Of a stretch of 64,000 bases of DNA, positions 37,862-52,018 are shown piece after piece. How positions within the stretch are numbered: position 1 is the stretch's first letter; each line of letters opens with the position of its first letter. The position numbers and the translations under genes are program-made. The notes beneath the pieces were generated by a model that saw only the letters and a program-made list of their open reading frames with translations, searched no databases and was not told the origin of the DNA. This stretch comes from Haliotis cracherodii (Eukaryota): the NCBI RefSeq assembly GCF_022045235.1, contig NW_027266341.1:18786001-18850000 (forward strand), in the 5' to 3' direction.

Positions 37862-39209
37862 CACGATAATCGTAAGTCGTCATTGCAACGATTATCATGA
37901 TGAAACTAAACACTAAACATGACCGTAGCCCTTTGATGACCAGGGAACAGAAGACCTAAACCCTGAATGCCTCACTGTATGGTTCCAAGTATTACGACGT
38001 TTCGACGTAACACAGTGGACAACTTCCCAAAGGTAAACCTGCTGGCTTTCATACAATTGAATAACAACTTAAACAACGCAGAAATGCAATTTTCCGCATT
38101 GAAAGCCTCATAATTTCACGTCAAATCCATTTCGTGAGCGTACCCTGAACAAATAACATTTAGAATGGTATCACATCTGAGAAACTGGATCTGCTTCATC
38201 ACGGCCCTCAAACCAGATTGAAATTATAGTAGTGTTATATTACTTTCAGAAAAAAACGTATAGCTGTAGGTTCATAATATTCCTGAACAGATATTAATAA
38301 TGACTTTACAGATAAGCTTGTTTTAGTTTATAAGAATATTCGTGTTCATGTAGTTTTTTTAAATTTGATTGTTTGTTGTTGCTTTATGTCATTAATTGAC
38401 TATGTTTAGCATCATCACTGCACGCGTCTTGGATTTCAAAGGTAAATCCATTCCATTTTGGTCTTTCCGAGTGGCCATTTTGTAATCTGCAGGAGCGCCT
38501 CTTCCTCGGGACTTAGCACTCTTGAAAATTTGCTGAGTTTTAGTCATGCAAAATAACAAGATTTTGTGGATTTTTTTAGATTTTCCACCACCTTTTTAAC
38601 AAATCAAACGGGGAAAAAATCTGAATTTGCACTTCCATTATTTCATCCACAATGGATGTAGATACATACACAGATACTGAATTAGATTTAAATTATCTTT
38701 TATAACATTGCTGCCTGATTAAATCTGATTATTTACTTATTCACTTAATGCATTACTTGTATAATTTGATCATGTCGCCAAGTTTTGGGAATAAATTTCA
38801 AGATATTTTTTTTTATGATATTTACTAAACTGTCGGGCAGAAAAGCCCTATACACCCAAGATTGATGATGGCTGAAATGAAACAAACAAACAATGGATTT
38901 TCGATGGTGAAGTATTTGATTCGGGTATTAAAGTTATGTTTTGAACATCAACTCTGAAGTGTTTCGGCGACTGGTTTCAACCCTGTAACGTTCTGATAAC
39001 GTTTGTAAGTCAAATCCAATTTTCAAGTGTATACTTTCTTTTCCCCGGCAGTTTAGATATGATTTGGGGAAAAGAGACATTTTCATCATGTCATGGAACC
39101 AACACAACTCAATGTCCATATCTCAACCCCTGTCATTGTCCATAGCGTACATGTCGGTAATGTCCATATTTCAACGTACGTTATTGTCTATATTCTGGTT
39201 GCCCTCACT

Positions 39210-39370
39210 TGTCGGTTGGGTAGCTCGTGGATTAAGAGTTCGCTCGGCACGCCGACAGCCCGGGTTCGATTCCCTACATGGGTACAATGCGTTAACCAAA
39301 TACCTGGTGTGCTCCGCCCCGATATTTGCTGGATATACTAAAACTGGCTTCAAAACATACTCACTCGCTC
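39210..39370 (+). mobile_element. Degenerate family A
   Basis: gttcgctcggcacgccgacagcccgggttcgattccctacatgggtacaatg. Confidence 0.78.
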
Positions 39371-41049
39371 CATATAACTGCCTATTATTGTACATATTTT
39401 GAAAATCACCATCTCCGTATTTAGTTGTCCATTGTCCATACCTTTCGTATCGACGATGTCCTTGATTCATCTCTGGTCATTTTCTACATTTTACATATAG
39501 TTAATGTCCATATCTATCGCTTTTCAATATTCACCACGCATTTATATATCCATATGGACTCATTGCTAATATGTAAGTCACATTCGTCAATTTGGTCGTA
39601 TTCGTTACAGTTAATTTTAGCCTTCAAACCTCAGCAATAAATTTATATATCTTGTATCATCGGTGTTACCAAAGGACAAGGCTATAAAACCACAATGACA
39701 ACAAAGTAAGGTTTCAGCATAGTCATATGAAATAATAAAACCCAACCATGACATAGATGGTCTCTAAATGTATATAACACCCCTCCTCATCCTCAACATC
39801 CTGCATACACGTCGGCGTCTCATGTGCCTTTCTGAACTAGTTTTGACAAGCACTGGAACAGTAGGAATGAATAGAACAAAAAATGCCTACCCAAGAGCAA
39901 TATCTGCTATGAGCCATCGTATTCTGTTAGTATCAAAAATAGAAAGAACAGTAAACGCCAAGTTCACGCAATGACCTTGAAAGATTAGAGAACAAGAACA
40001 CGAGCTGTAAAGCCACGTTACCAAAGTACAACATAGTTCTTTCACGAAGCAGGATTTAGAATTGCGTGATCTCCCCACAAGTTATAGACAAACACAATAT
40101 TATTGAAAACCATAACTGTCTGTGAACATCTACCGAAACGGAAACATAGAAATAAAAAAGTCATAACGTTTGTATTTTAAGAGCAAAAAGTATATGTTCT
40201 TGTGAAGAACGTGGCTTTTAATCCACAATCGCTAGGTTCACATGAACACCCCTGAGACTGGCTAAAAATGAAGATTAAGACCAGACAAGATTTGGAAGTT
40301 TTTTTATGTTTGCACTAAACATAATCAAATTATTTGCAAGACACACCAGTAGCTGGTCCATTTAAGCAAATGTTGATGCCGCGATGCTTGGCAAGAGGCG
40401 AGTCTGATATAATAAACACAAAATATTCTTCGAAATTGCTTACTGGGCAAAACTGTAATATTCAATCATATTAAAAAGTGAAAAGCGTGTTTATGGATGC
40501 AACCTGTGTGTGACATGTGAGGCTAAGAAGTGTACGTAATTGCCAGCATGTCGCAGCAAAACCCAGAACACATGGTGTTTATATAGCGTATGGACTTTAG
40601 TTGTTTATGCTTCATGCATATGTTCTGGCATATTTATTATTAGATAATATTTTTTTAAACAAAACAGCTGTGGATTATTCACAATGCTCTATTCTATTCT
40701 TAAAGAAAACCCCTTACAAATATAAAACATACATGAAAACCGTCAATAATCTTGATTTATACATCTTTTATTAATGGCTTGTCGTGAAAAGCGTTTTTTT
40801 TTCGCCTCCCATGAAGTTCACACGTAGCTAGATAGTGGGTTGGTTTCACAAGTATGTTGAAATTAATCGATTTCTGTAGTTGACATGAAGGTGAAATTCC
40901 TCTCCTTTCGTTCTCCCTGCTAAATGTTTCAGAATATTACACTATTTCTACAGAATGTATAGGCATATGCTGCCTGAATGATGCTGACAAATTAGTTAAC
41001 GGCAACCAGAAAGGTGCTGTTTGCTACAACGCCTAACGGGTTATCAGCA

Positions 41050-41290
41050 TTGTTTGTTGTTTAACGCCGCTCTCAGCAATGTTAGAGCTATAAGACGACG
41101 GCCAGTAAATAATCGAGTCTGGACCATACAATCCAGTGATTGATATCATGAGCAACGATCCTTGCCATCGGGGTACGATGATACTCAATCAACCATGTCA
41201 CCGAGCCTGACCACCCGATCCATTTGGTTGCCAACACCAACGACCAACATGTGTTCCTGGGGCCTTTCTAACCAGGATGTCCCACAGGGC
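41050..41290 (-). mobile_element. Diverged family D
   Basis: tgtttaacgccgctctcagc...ataatcgagtctggacc. Confidence 0.8.
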
Positions 41291-41689
41291 ACAACAACGT
41301 GTAGGTGGCCCAGATTAATATATAAATCTGAGGATCAGACAATGGCTATCATCTGTTATTCATACCACTGCTAATGTATATATGTAACATTTGTGAGTTC
41401 ATCTATTAAACATTTCATTGACGGTTGGACATTTTCCAAGTAACGATTTTTTCGTTAAGTCATCGTTATACGAATGGTTGCAACAATGGTCTCGCGTTAT
41501 AACGAACACCGAGCTCCTGGGGCTCAATAAGACACCATCCTGGGAACTGTACTAGTGTCTCTGTATGAAGCACCTTTCACCATTGTGTCACGTGACGCCG
41601 GTTTATAACCGGCGCTGTTACTTCATAGTTAACACATACAAGTGTCCAAACTGAAACAGACATATTCGATCATTTGACCAGTGCATAAT

Positions 41690-42165
41690 AGTACATAATA
41701 CTTCTAGTGAGATTAGAACATAATACTTGCAGTGATATTAGTACATGATATTTCTGGCGATTTCAGTTCAAAATACTTCTTGTGATAGAGTACATTATAC
41801 TTCTAGTTATTCAAGTACTTAATTCTTCAGTGATTTCTGTACATAATATTTCTGGTTGTTTTGGTACATAATACTACTAGTAATTTTAGTACATAATACT
41901 TCTAGTGATTATAGTACATAATACTTTTAGTAATTTTAGTACATAATACTTCTAGTGATTTTAGTGAATAATGCTTCTAGTGATTTGAGTACATAATACT
42001 TCTAGTGATTTGAGTGAATAATACTTCTAGTGATTTCAATACATAATACTTCTAGTGATTTCAATACATAATATTTCTAGTGATTTCAGTACATAATACT
42101 TCTTGTGATTTTAGTGCATAATACTTCTTGTGATATAGTACATAATACTTCTTGTGATGTCAGTA
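41690..42165. repeat. 25-bp AT-rich minisatellite, about 19 copies
   Basis: Unit agtacataatacttctagtgatttt. Confidence 0.92.
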
Positions 42166-42600
42166 CATACTCCTCATTCTCAAAATTCATAATGCGACAT
42201 TTGAATATGATCGCGGGAACGTCCCTTCTAGTTCTCCATGGATACGCGGCACCAGCACCTGTACAGGTCGCCATTAGCCTCCCGCGGGGCCCCACCTGGC
42301 CTTGGCCAGATCAATAACGTCTCCTCTTACTCAATTAACTGTTAACAGTTGTGAAAGCACAGAGGTATGCTCTATATGACAGTTATACGTATATTTGTCT
42401 CAGTGTAGTAGTATGTCTATCAGCTAAAGATAATATAATGATTGACTCTCACTTCCAAGATTTTACTTGATCCGGGCAGAACTATGAGAACGACGTGCCT
42501 TATTTCAAGAGCTTCTGAAATTAGTCGCTAACAGTACAAACTATACTAGAAAACAAGCAACAAAACCCTTTCCATATTAATGATAATTGTCTGCCTAAAT

Positions 42601-42825
42601 TGTACGATTCCGACTATGTCATGAGCATGTGTTATGAATCACTATCAAATAGTGATGATACCATATGTTCGCGAAGGCGTGAGCGTATCCTGCCCCATCG
42701 GTGGCACGTGTCACAAATACATGCAAAGGCACGCCAAATGTTCGCCTGAAAACCACGGAAACATACGGTACAAGTCAAAATAGGGAATTGCATCGGACAT
42801 TATTTTGTCACTGATGCGTCAAAGT
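42601..42825 (-). mobile_element. Solo PLE 3' end (E1)
   Basis: Colinear with 7787-8015 over about 220 bp. Confidence 0.85.
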
Positions 42826-42957
42826 GAACTTTTTTTCTAGAAGGTGCTTTTTAATTACTACTTATTTTTTGTGTTCAGTTGAAAACTGTTAAAATTTTGA
42901 TCTTAGTACGTGGTTTAATATCAAATTGTACAATATCAAGATTGCTCAGTAAATAAA

Positions 42958-43325
42958 AGTGACCCTGTGCTACTTGTGGTCTCACACACGTGGTCAGTCA
43001 GTGACCCCCTGCTACTTGTGGTATCACACACGTGGTCAGTCAGTGACCCCGTGCTACTTGTGGTATCACACACGTGGTCAGTCAGTGACCCCGTGCTACT
43101 TGTGGTATCACACACGTGGTCAGTCAGTGACCCCGTGCTACTTGTGGTATCACACACGTGGTCAGTCAGTGACCCCGTGCTACTTGTGGTATCACACACG
43201 TGGTCTGTCAGTGACCCCGTGCTAGTTGTGGTATCACACACGTGGTCAGTCAGTGACCCTGTGCTAGTTGTGGTCTCACACACGCGGTCAGTCAGGGACC
43301 CTGCTACGTGTGGTCTCACACACAT
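42958..43325. repeat. 42-bp minisatellite, about 8.5 copies
   Basis: Unit agtgaccccgtgctacttgtggtatcacacacgtggtcagtc. Confidence 0.96.
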
Positions 43326-44410
43326 GCTCGATTGTATCAGTACATATATATATGATTACTTGAAAATGCTCATGCAACACTCCTTGTGGCACTATTAGAA
43401 AACCAAGTAGATGTAATTTTGTAATGGAGTTAGCAGTGGTAGTAGTAGACGTGGTGATGATGGTGTGCTTGTGATGGGGAAAGCCATGTATCAGAGATGT
43501 AGGAAATTATCAGATTTCATATGCACACCAAAATCATCCATAAATATTTGGGTTGTATTGATGGGCGGCAATAATGATAATACTGTCCATCTACATCTCA
43601 CTCGCTCAATCACTCACTCACTCAATCATTCTCGCCCACTCACTCACTCACTACAATTCTGTGTATGCAGACACGATTGAGTATGTATCGCAGCCATAAG
43701 TGGGGAAAGGGAGATTCTAGGTCCACTGATCATATGATATACGTTGTGATAAATCAAACAGACACTCCTACAATCCACTTTGAGACATTCAATTATTGAT
43801 CAAACGACACATTGTGTTTGAATGCTCTTCAAATGTGTCCACAGGGACGTGATGCACCACGTCGAGGTAAATCGCCCACAGCAAAAGTAACCTCAAGATG
43901 ATGAAGGATACGTCTGGGATAGTATGTATGCACTGTAACACCTGCTTAACACGAACTTCATCAAGTCGATATATCGATTTAATGGGATATAATTCGATGG
44001 TTCCAATAGCTTCTATCAAACAATGTGGTTCCATCAGCTCTCCGTTTGTTCGAACTACGAAAAACTCGATTTTCGAATTAACGAGATTTAATACCTCTTG
44101 TCTCGTACTACGGATAAACCGATAGGACTAACTAGGTTTTGCTGTAAACATGTACATGGCTTTATTTCTTCACGAAGAGCTAGTACTGTAGCCGTCTAGG
44201 ACGTATCCTCTATTACCCAGGGTATCATATCTCTATTCTAAAACGATAAATACCCTCCACCCATTCTTGACCTTATCCTCTCTTTGAGACCGGTTCGAAT
44301 GACACTATAAAAATAACAGTCCAATCAAATCACACTCATGGGTGAGATAAATCCTATGCTCATTTATTGCTTGGACATCGAACATCTGTACTGCGTCAAG
44401 AAAAAGTTCT

Positions 44411-44915
44411 TTCGATGTCCCGGTAACTGCTCTGCTTGAGTGAATCTGAGAATACGATGTCCCGGTACTGCTCTGCTTGAGTGAATCTGAGCATTTGATG
44501 TCCCGGTACCTGCTTTGCTACGAATCTGATGATTCGATGTCCCGTTACTGCTCTGCTTGAATGAATCTAATAATTCGATGTACCGGAACTGCTCTACTTG
44601 AGTGAATCTGATAATTCGATGTCCCGGTACCTGCTCTACTTGAGTGAATCTGATAATTCAATGTCCCGGTACCCACTCTGCTTGACTGAATCTGATAATT
44701 CGATGTCCCGGTACTGCTCTACTTGAGTGAATCTGATAATTCGAAGTCCCGGTACCCACTCTGCTTGACTGAATCTGATAATTCGATGTCCCGGTGCTGC
44801 TCTACTTGAGTGAATCTGATAATTCGATGTCCCGGTACTGCTCTACTTGAGTGAATCTGATAATTCGATGTCCCAGTACCTGCTCTGCTTGAGTGAATCT
44901 GATGATTCGATATAC
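44411..44915. repeat. 41-42 bp minisatellite, about 12 copies
   Basis: Unit ttcgatgtcccggtac(c)tgctctacttgagtgaatctgataa. Confidence 0.95.
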
Positions 44916-45599
44916 CGGTACGGGGATATCGTAAAAATAACACACTTAGTGAATAGAGAGATTGAGATACGCCGCTTCCGAAACCAAGCAATGTTAGTGA
45001 ACAAATCCAGGGTATTTGCCGTAATGTGGAGACATAATACACTGGAGAATCTAGGATGCCTGGGACATATTTCTTCCCATTCATCCCATATTTGCCTCCC
45101 TACATCAAGCCCATTAACCAAATATTCCTTTCACGCTCTCAATACGCTTCAGCTCTTCGTTGTGTCGTACAACCATGGTCTGAAACCATTTCATGAAAAA
45201 GTTACTGAAAATATATTACTATTGTATGAAAAAGACACTTTCTGCTTTCTGTGGGATTACTGAAGCAAACGGTTCCATCTCATATCCCCCACTTACAAGG
45301 ACTGGTATTTTATTGCCCCTCGCATTAAAATTTGACCGTATTTATCGATAAACCTGTCCCGCGTGAAGATCCGCAGACAAGAAGATACAGTTGAACACGC
45401 AATATTCTTAGGTGTGGTATAACACGCGGTATGACTGGCAGTTCTTTTGCGTTCGCTGCTCTTGCGTGAATATTGACACCTATATTTAGTTGTATGGTAT
45501 GTGGAATTATTCATGTAACTTTCTAAAACGTGTGAGGATTCCATGCCATCTTTATGCAATGACATATGCTAGCGAAATCATTTATACGTGAAACCATGC

Positions 45600-47150
45600 G
45601 GCTCAGTCATGTAGGTTGTATACATCAGGCCTTAGCAGGATTTCCTTTTAATGTCAACAATTTTAAGCAGCTGTAATATGTGCTATCACGAATATGATGC
45701 ACCGCATAGCTGATATCAACGGCTTTTTTTGCGCACAAATATGCTACAAAAGTATCTAATACAGGCTATACAAAAAGTGCATGGTTGTATAAGATTGGAT
45801 GATTAAAAATGAATTATCTGATTAATATATTTTTAAAGGTGTCAGTGTCCACGATATACGATTTTTAATAATATATTTACATTTGTCACGAGATGTATAA
45901 TGATGTTAAACCATCTGTTAAATACAAAGGCGAATACAGTGATAATTGTTTATGCTATGGCACGGGTTTAAGACAGGGTGAAATGTTATCTCCAATTATT
46001 TTCATTTATATTAAGGATATAGAAGTTAAATGACAAGAATATATAACTTCAGGTACAGATATAAAGGATCATATATTACGAAGAAAGCAGCAATGGATTA
46101 CGTGCACATTTGAAAAGTTTGTTAGAATATTGTAATACCTGGGAACTTAAACTTTATATTAACAGGACCAAAATAATTAAATTTAAAAAAATCCACAGAC
46201 ATCTGTTGTTCATTACGAAGCAGTACCATCAAAATGTGTTAAGTAGACTTGGCTACTTGGGTGTATTATGTACACAAAATGGTAATTTCCGTGCGTCTAT
46301 AAACATATCAGCAGAAAGGGGATGCATGTAATGTTTTGATATATATATATAATTTGTCCCAGTATTGTATTAAGGTTGTGGGATATGGGAAATAGTGACC
46401 TTGATTGTTCATAGATAGTTCACCGACGATTTTGTAAAAATAGTTTGGGAGTTAAAGTAATGTTTTGGTATATGGAGTCAGGTAGATTCCCACAAATTCA
46501 GCGTCTGTTATAAATGGTTAAAAATTGGTTTAAAGCTATTAGAACTGACAACTGTACATTGAAAGATATGTATTCTACACTAGACGTATCCTGTAAGTGG
46601 TACAGTAACACAAAATATATTTTAACATTAAATGGTTTGAAGTTTGCCTGGATGTCACCACTGGGTGTTCATCTTAGACTAGTTTCTTTTATTTCATTAT
46701 CAAAACAACGTTTGCAGGATCAGCCTATTACATTATGGTATCATAAACTTAGAGATACGTCTACTTTTATGTTATATAAGCCATTTAAAGGAGTATTTGG
46801 CTACGGAAATTATAATAGTAATATTTTAAATCATAAACATTGTGTTGCTCTAACTAGGTTAATACTGTCATCCAATGCGTTATGCATTGAGACCGTCAGA
46901 CATGGTAACAATCTGATTCCTCGGGCGGAAAGGCCTTGTACAAATGACAGGGATAATAAATTAGAAGATGAGTATCATTTTGACCACCTCAGATCACGCA
47001 ATATTTGGAAATAATATCATCATCAGTCGGTATTGAAGATTGTTTGGTTGAAACAGTTCGATCAGCGGAAAATATGACGGTCCAGAAATATACACATATT
47101 GAAATACGATGAATGAGGCCAAGGTGGTTTGTGCAAAATAAAATGTTTCT
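45600..47150 (+). mobile_element. Decayed LINE RT and C-terminal region (RTE-X/CR1-like)
   Basis: GLRQGEMLSPIIF, LEYCNTWELKLYINRTKII, YLGV, ALTRLILSSNALCIETVRH, LEDEYHF, with many frameshifts. Confidence 0.85.
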
Positions 47151-47290
47151 GTTTGTCTGTCTAAAATATATCGTGTTCCCTTACACGAAATTATCATTTT
47201 TACCAAGAACAACACACTGAGAGTAGCAGGAAGTTAATATAAGCGACAAAACCCTTTCCATATTGATAAGAATTCTCTATACGCATATGC

Positions 47291-47497
47291 ACCCGTGAAG
47301 ATACGGGTTAGAATTCCAGACTGGATAGCGTGGTCAGGCACGCTGACTTGGTTGATGCATGTCATCGTATCCTAACTGCGTAGATTCATGCCCACGATGT
47401 CAATCACTGGATTGTCTGGTCCAGACTCGATTATTTACAGACCGCTGTCATATAGCTGGAATATTGCTGAGTGCAGCGTTAAACAACAGACAACAAA
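47291..47497 (+). mobile_element. Family D with an internal deletion
   Basis: acccgtgaagatacgggttagaat...gcagcgttaaacaacagac. Confidence 0.85.
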
Positions 47498-48172
47498 CGT
47501 CCTATGTTTTCGTGAAGACGTTACCACCATCGAGTACATACATTACCAGAGCAGGCCTACATACAGCAAGGCCATCATTCTTCCATATATGAAGGGAGCC
47601 CTCATTGATATCACACATCGCTATATGTGAAGAGATTTTAGCCACAGAGAAAAAATACATGCTTTTGAAAGCATGGGCCTGTTGTTGCACTGATTTAGTC
47701 GACGGGAAAGTTTAGCAAAGACGTAATGATACATCTTAATGGCAATGTCAGCAATCAATACAACATTCAATACCTCCGTTATGCATCGTGCTCGGGCATA
47801 TTGAATAGCCGTCTTGTCATGTCTGTTTAGACCTCACTTTAGGCAAGGAAATATTCGTTCTGCAAGTGCATCTCAGCCTGGTCCTTGTGTGGTTTGTATT
47901 AGCGATTTGATTTGCCTTTCAATATACTGCAAGCGTTCTTACTTCTCATGTTGCATGACATACATTTTTCTTTCTATTTTCTGTTTGATATGCAGTTCTC
48001 TTTAATATGTCGTCTCTTTTTGCGATTAAAATGCTGAATTTCCTTACAAGAGTAATAATTATTTTGTAAATGATAATATTGAAATATTGATTCACTTTGC
48101 AAACATGATGTATGGGAAAATATTTAATGCAACTCACAGTGACATGGATTCTTCTTCGTCTTGTCCAGTGTG

Positions 48173-48390
48173 ACTTCTTTGAGTGGCATTTAGAAGTTGG
48201 TGTGATGAAGAAAGACGAGTTCTATGGATGAATAACTTCTTTATTACAATTAGTGCGACGTTTCGGTGTAGATCCTAACTCCTTTATCAAGCAAGTGACA
48301 CCCTGACTTGCTTGATAAAGGTGTTAGGATCTACACCGAAACGTCGCACTAATTGTAATAAAGAAGTTGTTCATCCATAGAACTCGTCTT
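48173..48390. mobile_element. Young Penelope pseudo-LTR fold-back with hammerhead-like cores
   Basis: About 89-bp near-perfect arms (48208-48296 / 48306-48394); cttgataaa-ggtgt..acacc-gaaacgtcg followed by aataaa; 14-bp direct repeat tcttgtccagtgtg at 48159-48172 and 48391-48404. Confidence 0.82.
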
Positions 48391-48949
48391 TCTTGTCCAG
48401 TGTGGATTCACGTTTCACTTTTGGTTTAAGCATACATGCTCTTGTGATTCAGAATCAAACACTCGGGTTTTAATAAATTACAGACATATATATATATATG
48501 TAGATATAAAAGTTTAACATGTCTACAGCATGGTATTTCAGTGTAAATGAATACAGTTTTAGCTGCACGGAAATAAACTTTAATACGAATGTTTCCATAT
48601 TCACATATATACTAACGTCATTGTTGCATGGCGGACACCCTTCATTCACTAGAGGTGATAACGGTGATGCATAACTATATATCTCACATATAACTTTATA
48701 TCGAACATAACTATATATCTCACCCGTCTCGTGAACACATGGTGGCATGGTGCCATAATACATTTACAGTGATTCGTAAGTGTAGTTCTTGAACATGCGG
48801 TTTTTAGTTTGTTTGAATTCATTTCTTTTCATTAGGCATTAATATGTGTTGACATTAAAAGGGAATTAAAGTATTTCATTTCAGAGTACATGTATCTTTA
48901 ATTCACAATGACTACACAATTCTAATTAATCAAAATTTGCCATATACAT

Positions 48950-49210
48950 GTGAGTGATTGAGTTGTGTTTTACACCGCTTTAAACTGTAGTTCATTAATA
49001 ACACGGCATGTCAGCTAAATTTGGGAGGAAAGTCCGAAATGATGTAAGTTTGAGACTTTTTGATAAAATTCCACGAGTACGGGTAACCTAGAATCATAAT
49101 CAGGGCCAATCTGGGCCCCTAGCCCACGATCATAGATTTCTGGGGAACATTAAGAACGGAACTGTGCTCGTTGAAATACGGCGCCACAGGCGACTTGGCC
49201 ACCCATGACC
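48950..49210 (-). mobile_element. Diverged family C
   Basis: tgtcagctaaatttgggaggaaagtccgaaatgatg...ggcgcc..cgacttggccaccc. Confidence 0.78.
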
Positions 49211-49920
49211 TTGCATCCGAAGTACACATGATAAAGTGACATGCAATGTTTAAACATTTATCAATGCACAAACCTACATATAGAGTACGAGTTTGTCGTA
49301 AAACATTCAGTCTTAATGAACGCGATATTTGTGAAACACAAGTTTAAAAATACATCTGTGGCAAACATGATATCAACGAAATAATGTGATTACCCTTGAA
49401 ACAGTTCCAGCGCATACTGATGCATCTTTCACAATGTCAAAGTTTTACGTCAGTTTAATGGGCCCATGTAGAATACAGTCTTCCAACTAGGGATTCAGCC
49501 TTATGAATTATACACATACATTATATATTTATCTGTACTGACGTTTGATGATGGTTTGTCCTGGAGGTTTCCTGACTTGAAGAACAATGCGATGATAGCG
49601 CTAACGTCACAACGACCTCAAAGTGTTTAGGCAGTAAAAAGCATTAAACTGTCTTGAGGAGAACCTTTAACATTTTGTAACATGCAGGTTGTGATCATGC
49701 TGAATTTCTGTGCAGATAACCAAGATACACTTTGTAATTACTTATTCATCCAATAGCCTGTCTGTCGCGACGTTCAGATATACTTAACTGTCTTTACAAG
49801 AGCACACGACACTGGTAGGTAATATAACTCAAGATAATATTTCATTTTTCTTGTTTACAGGTCGTCCCATGGTAGGCGTCAGACAACAAACACTGACCTC
49901 CTAATGCAAATGGTGTGAGT

Positions 49921-50060
49921 AGTGGCGGGTGCTGCCGGTAGAACAGGGTATGCGAACACCTGGTGTCATCACTGATATTCAGTAATGCATTCATATAATT
50001 TTCACCACTATTGTGTCTTTTTATGCCAAAAATGAATCTGTTTCGGCAGATATTTGAGGC
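49921..50060 (+). mobile_element. PLE 3'-end subfamily E2
   Basis: gtggcgggtgctgccggt...gcgaacacctggtgtcatcac. Confidence 0.68.
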
Positions 50061-50214
50061 TGATTATTTATATATTTATATTTATATAAAACCAAGGGTA
50101 TTGCCCCATTTTGGTCATGTTCCATGGGTGAGTGAGTAATGTGCAGATTAACGCCACATTCAAGCTTTTGAGTAATGTGCAGATTAACGCCACATTCAAG
50201 CTATTGAGTAAAGC

Positions 50215-50380
50215 GACCACCTCTGTGGTCTAGTGATAAAGCGTCCGCTCGGAGAACGGAATGTCCGGGTTTCGATCCCCGGCCGCGTCATACCAAAAGA
50301 CGTTAAAAGATTGTACTTGTTGTTACCATGTCTTGCGCTCGGCATTGCGGCGCCTTAGATGACTGGGTCGCCCGTGCCCA
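50215..50380. mobile_element. Family B head (plus) fused to family C head (minus)
   Basis: ...gcgctcggc-att-gcggcgccttagatgactggg; att is shared by both families at the junction. Confidence 0.8.
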
Positions 50381-51194
50381 CTATAATAACGTGTACTCTA
50401 ACTTCATGATATCAGCTGATACTTCTCTGTACTGGGTTAGGTGTTGTGTTTGCTAACAACTTCAGCAACGTCATTGCGTGTCGGTTCAATGTGGCAGGAA
50501 GCCCAAAACGAGGCAGCTTTTTAACGATAACCACTACGTGACACCATGAAATCGAGTATGGTGCTGACATCGGATCCTGACGCACCTCACTTAATTATTT
50601 AACCTTATATAATTATATGAATGGCTTGAACAAGATGGCGTTAAAACATGGAAAAAACTATATTTAATATCGTTGCTTGGATCATCCACAGAAAAACAGT
50701 ATGATTTTATTTTCAGCTGCTTGCAGTGTGTTAGCGTTACAGAATTTTAAACTAGATAAAGAAATCGGTAATAGAAGCTTTGGCAGTAGAAATGATAACA
50801 ATCATTGACAATAATGTGAAAGCTGCAAGATACACTTGTCGCCGGGAATGCCATTTGCCTATGTGATATGCTCATGGAATGATCTGATAACGTTCTCATG
50901 TGAGATATGTTATATTTGAGCTTACAATTCAAAACTCTGATAATGGCGTTATATCTTACTTCCGTTGCCTTGACGTAAACCTGCTCCAATCTACGTGATA
51001 AATATAAATATAAAACTCTGAATTTATCCAATTCGGGCCAATGGCTATTTGGGTAATTGCTCTGTGTAGAGTTGCTTCCCTTAACTGTGCCAGGATCCTT
51101 TTGCCGTGGGTTTGAATCTTAGTTTCGCCCAGATTATGATCCTTAGTCATGCCCATATACCCAGTGTGGTCTCACCAGTGTGGTAAACGTCCCT

Positions 51195-51750
51195 CGTGTC
51201 TTGTTGTCTTACTCTGAACACATGGATTAAGTATTGGAAGGGCCGAGGAATCTCATCCGTGTAACGTTGTGCCTTTAACGTCCCCAGAACTTGCACCAAT
51301 TTGCTACCAGCGTAGGAGATGGCTGCCCTCTTTCTCACACTACCACCACCAAATCTGTCCGCTTTCTGTCTGCAGTTTCGTGCATAACGTACCTCGCGGC
51401 GCATCTAAACACGACGTGTACCATCCGCAAGGCGAAGGATGAAACGTGACTCGTCACTAAACCAAACTTGTCTCCATCGCAATTGTGGCCATCACCCAAC
51501 AAGTGATGTTGCACGTGCATATCATGTTGGTGTGTTTCGGCGCCAGGCTCTCACGTGGTTGTGTTTTTGCGATTGTTCCATCTTTTCACCAAATTTCTGC
51601 AGTTACTCATTCTTTCCACAAAAATCAATCCCAGTCCATGCAGGAATGACCAATTTATTTTTGGTATTTTGTATGGATGTCGGCAACACCCTGTCAGATA
51701 TTTACGATTTTACTACTTTTGCGCTTCTTTTTTTGCAGAGTATATTTCTT
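51195..51750 (-). mobile_element. Tc1 transposase remnant
   Basis: VWFSDESRF..ADG..RV and RYARNC..DRFGGGSV..AAISYAG..LVQVLGTLKAQRYTDEI. Confidence 0.85.
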
Positions 51751-51857
51751 GAATACTATCTCATTCGACTAGTGGCCACGAGTCAAAATCGTTTATATCA
51801 AACCGACCTCGATACACATGATGAACATCAGTGCAATTGAGACACATAACAACGATG

Positions 51858-52018
51858 TGAGTGAGTATGGTTTTACGCCGCTTTTAGCAATATTCCAGCA
51901 ATATCACGACTGGGGACACCAGAAATAGGCGTCACACATTGTACCCATATCGGGAATCAAACCCGGGTCTTCGGAGTGACGAGCGAACGATTTAACCACA
52001 AAGCAACCCGGCCGCCCC
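51858..52018 (-). mobile_element. SINE family A
   Basis: Full length; probable TSD aacaac(g/t)atg. Confidence 0.9.
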
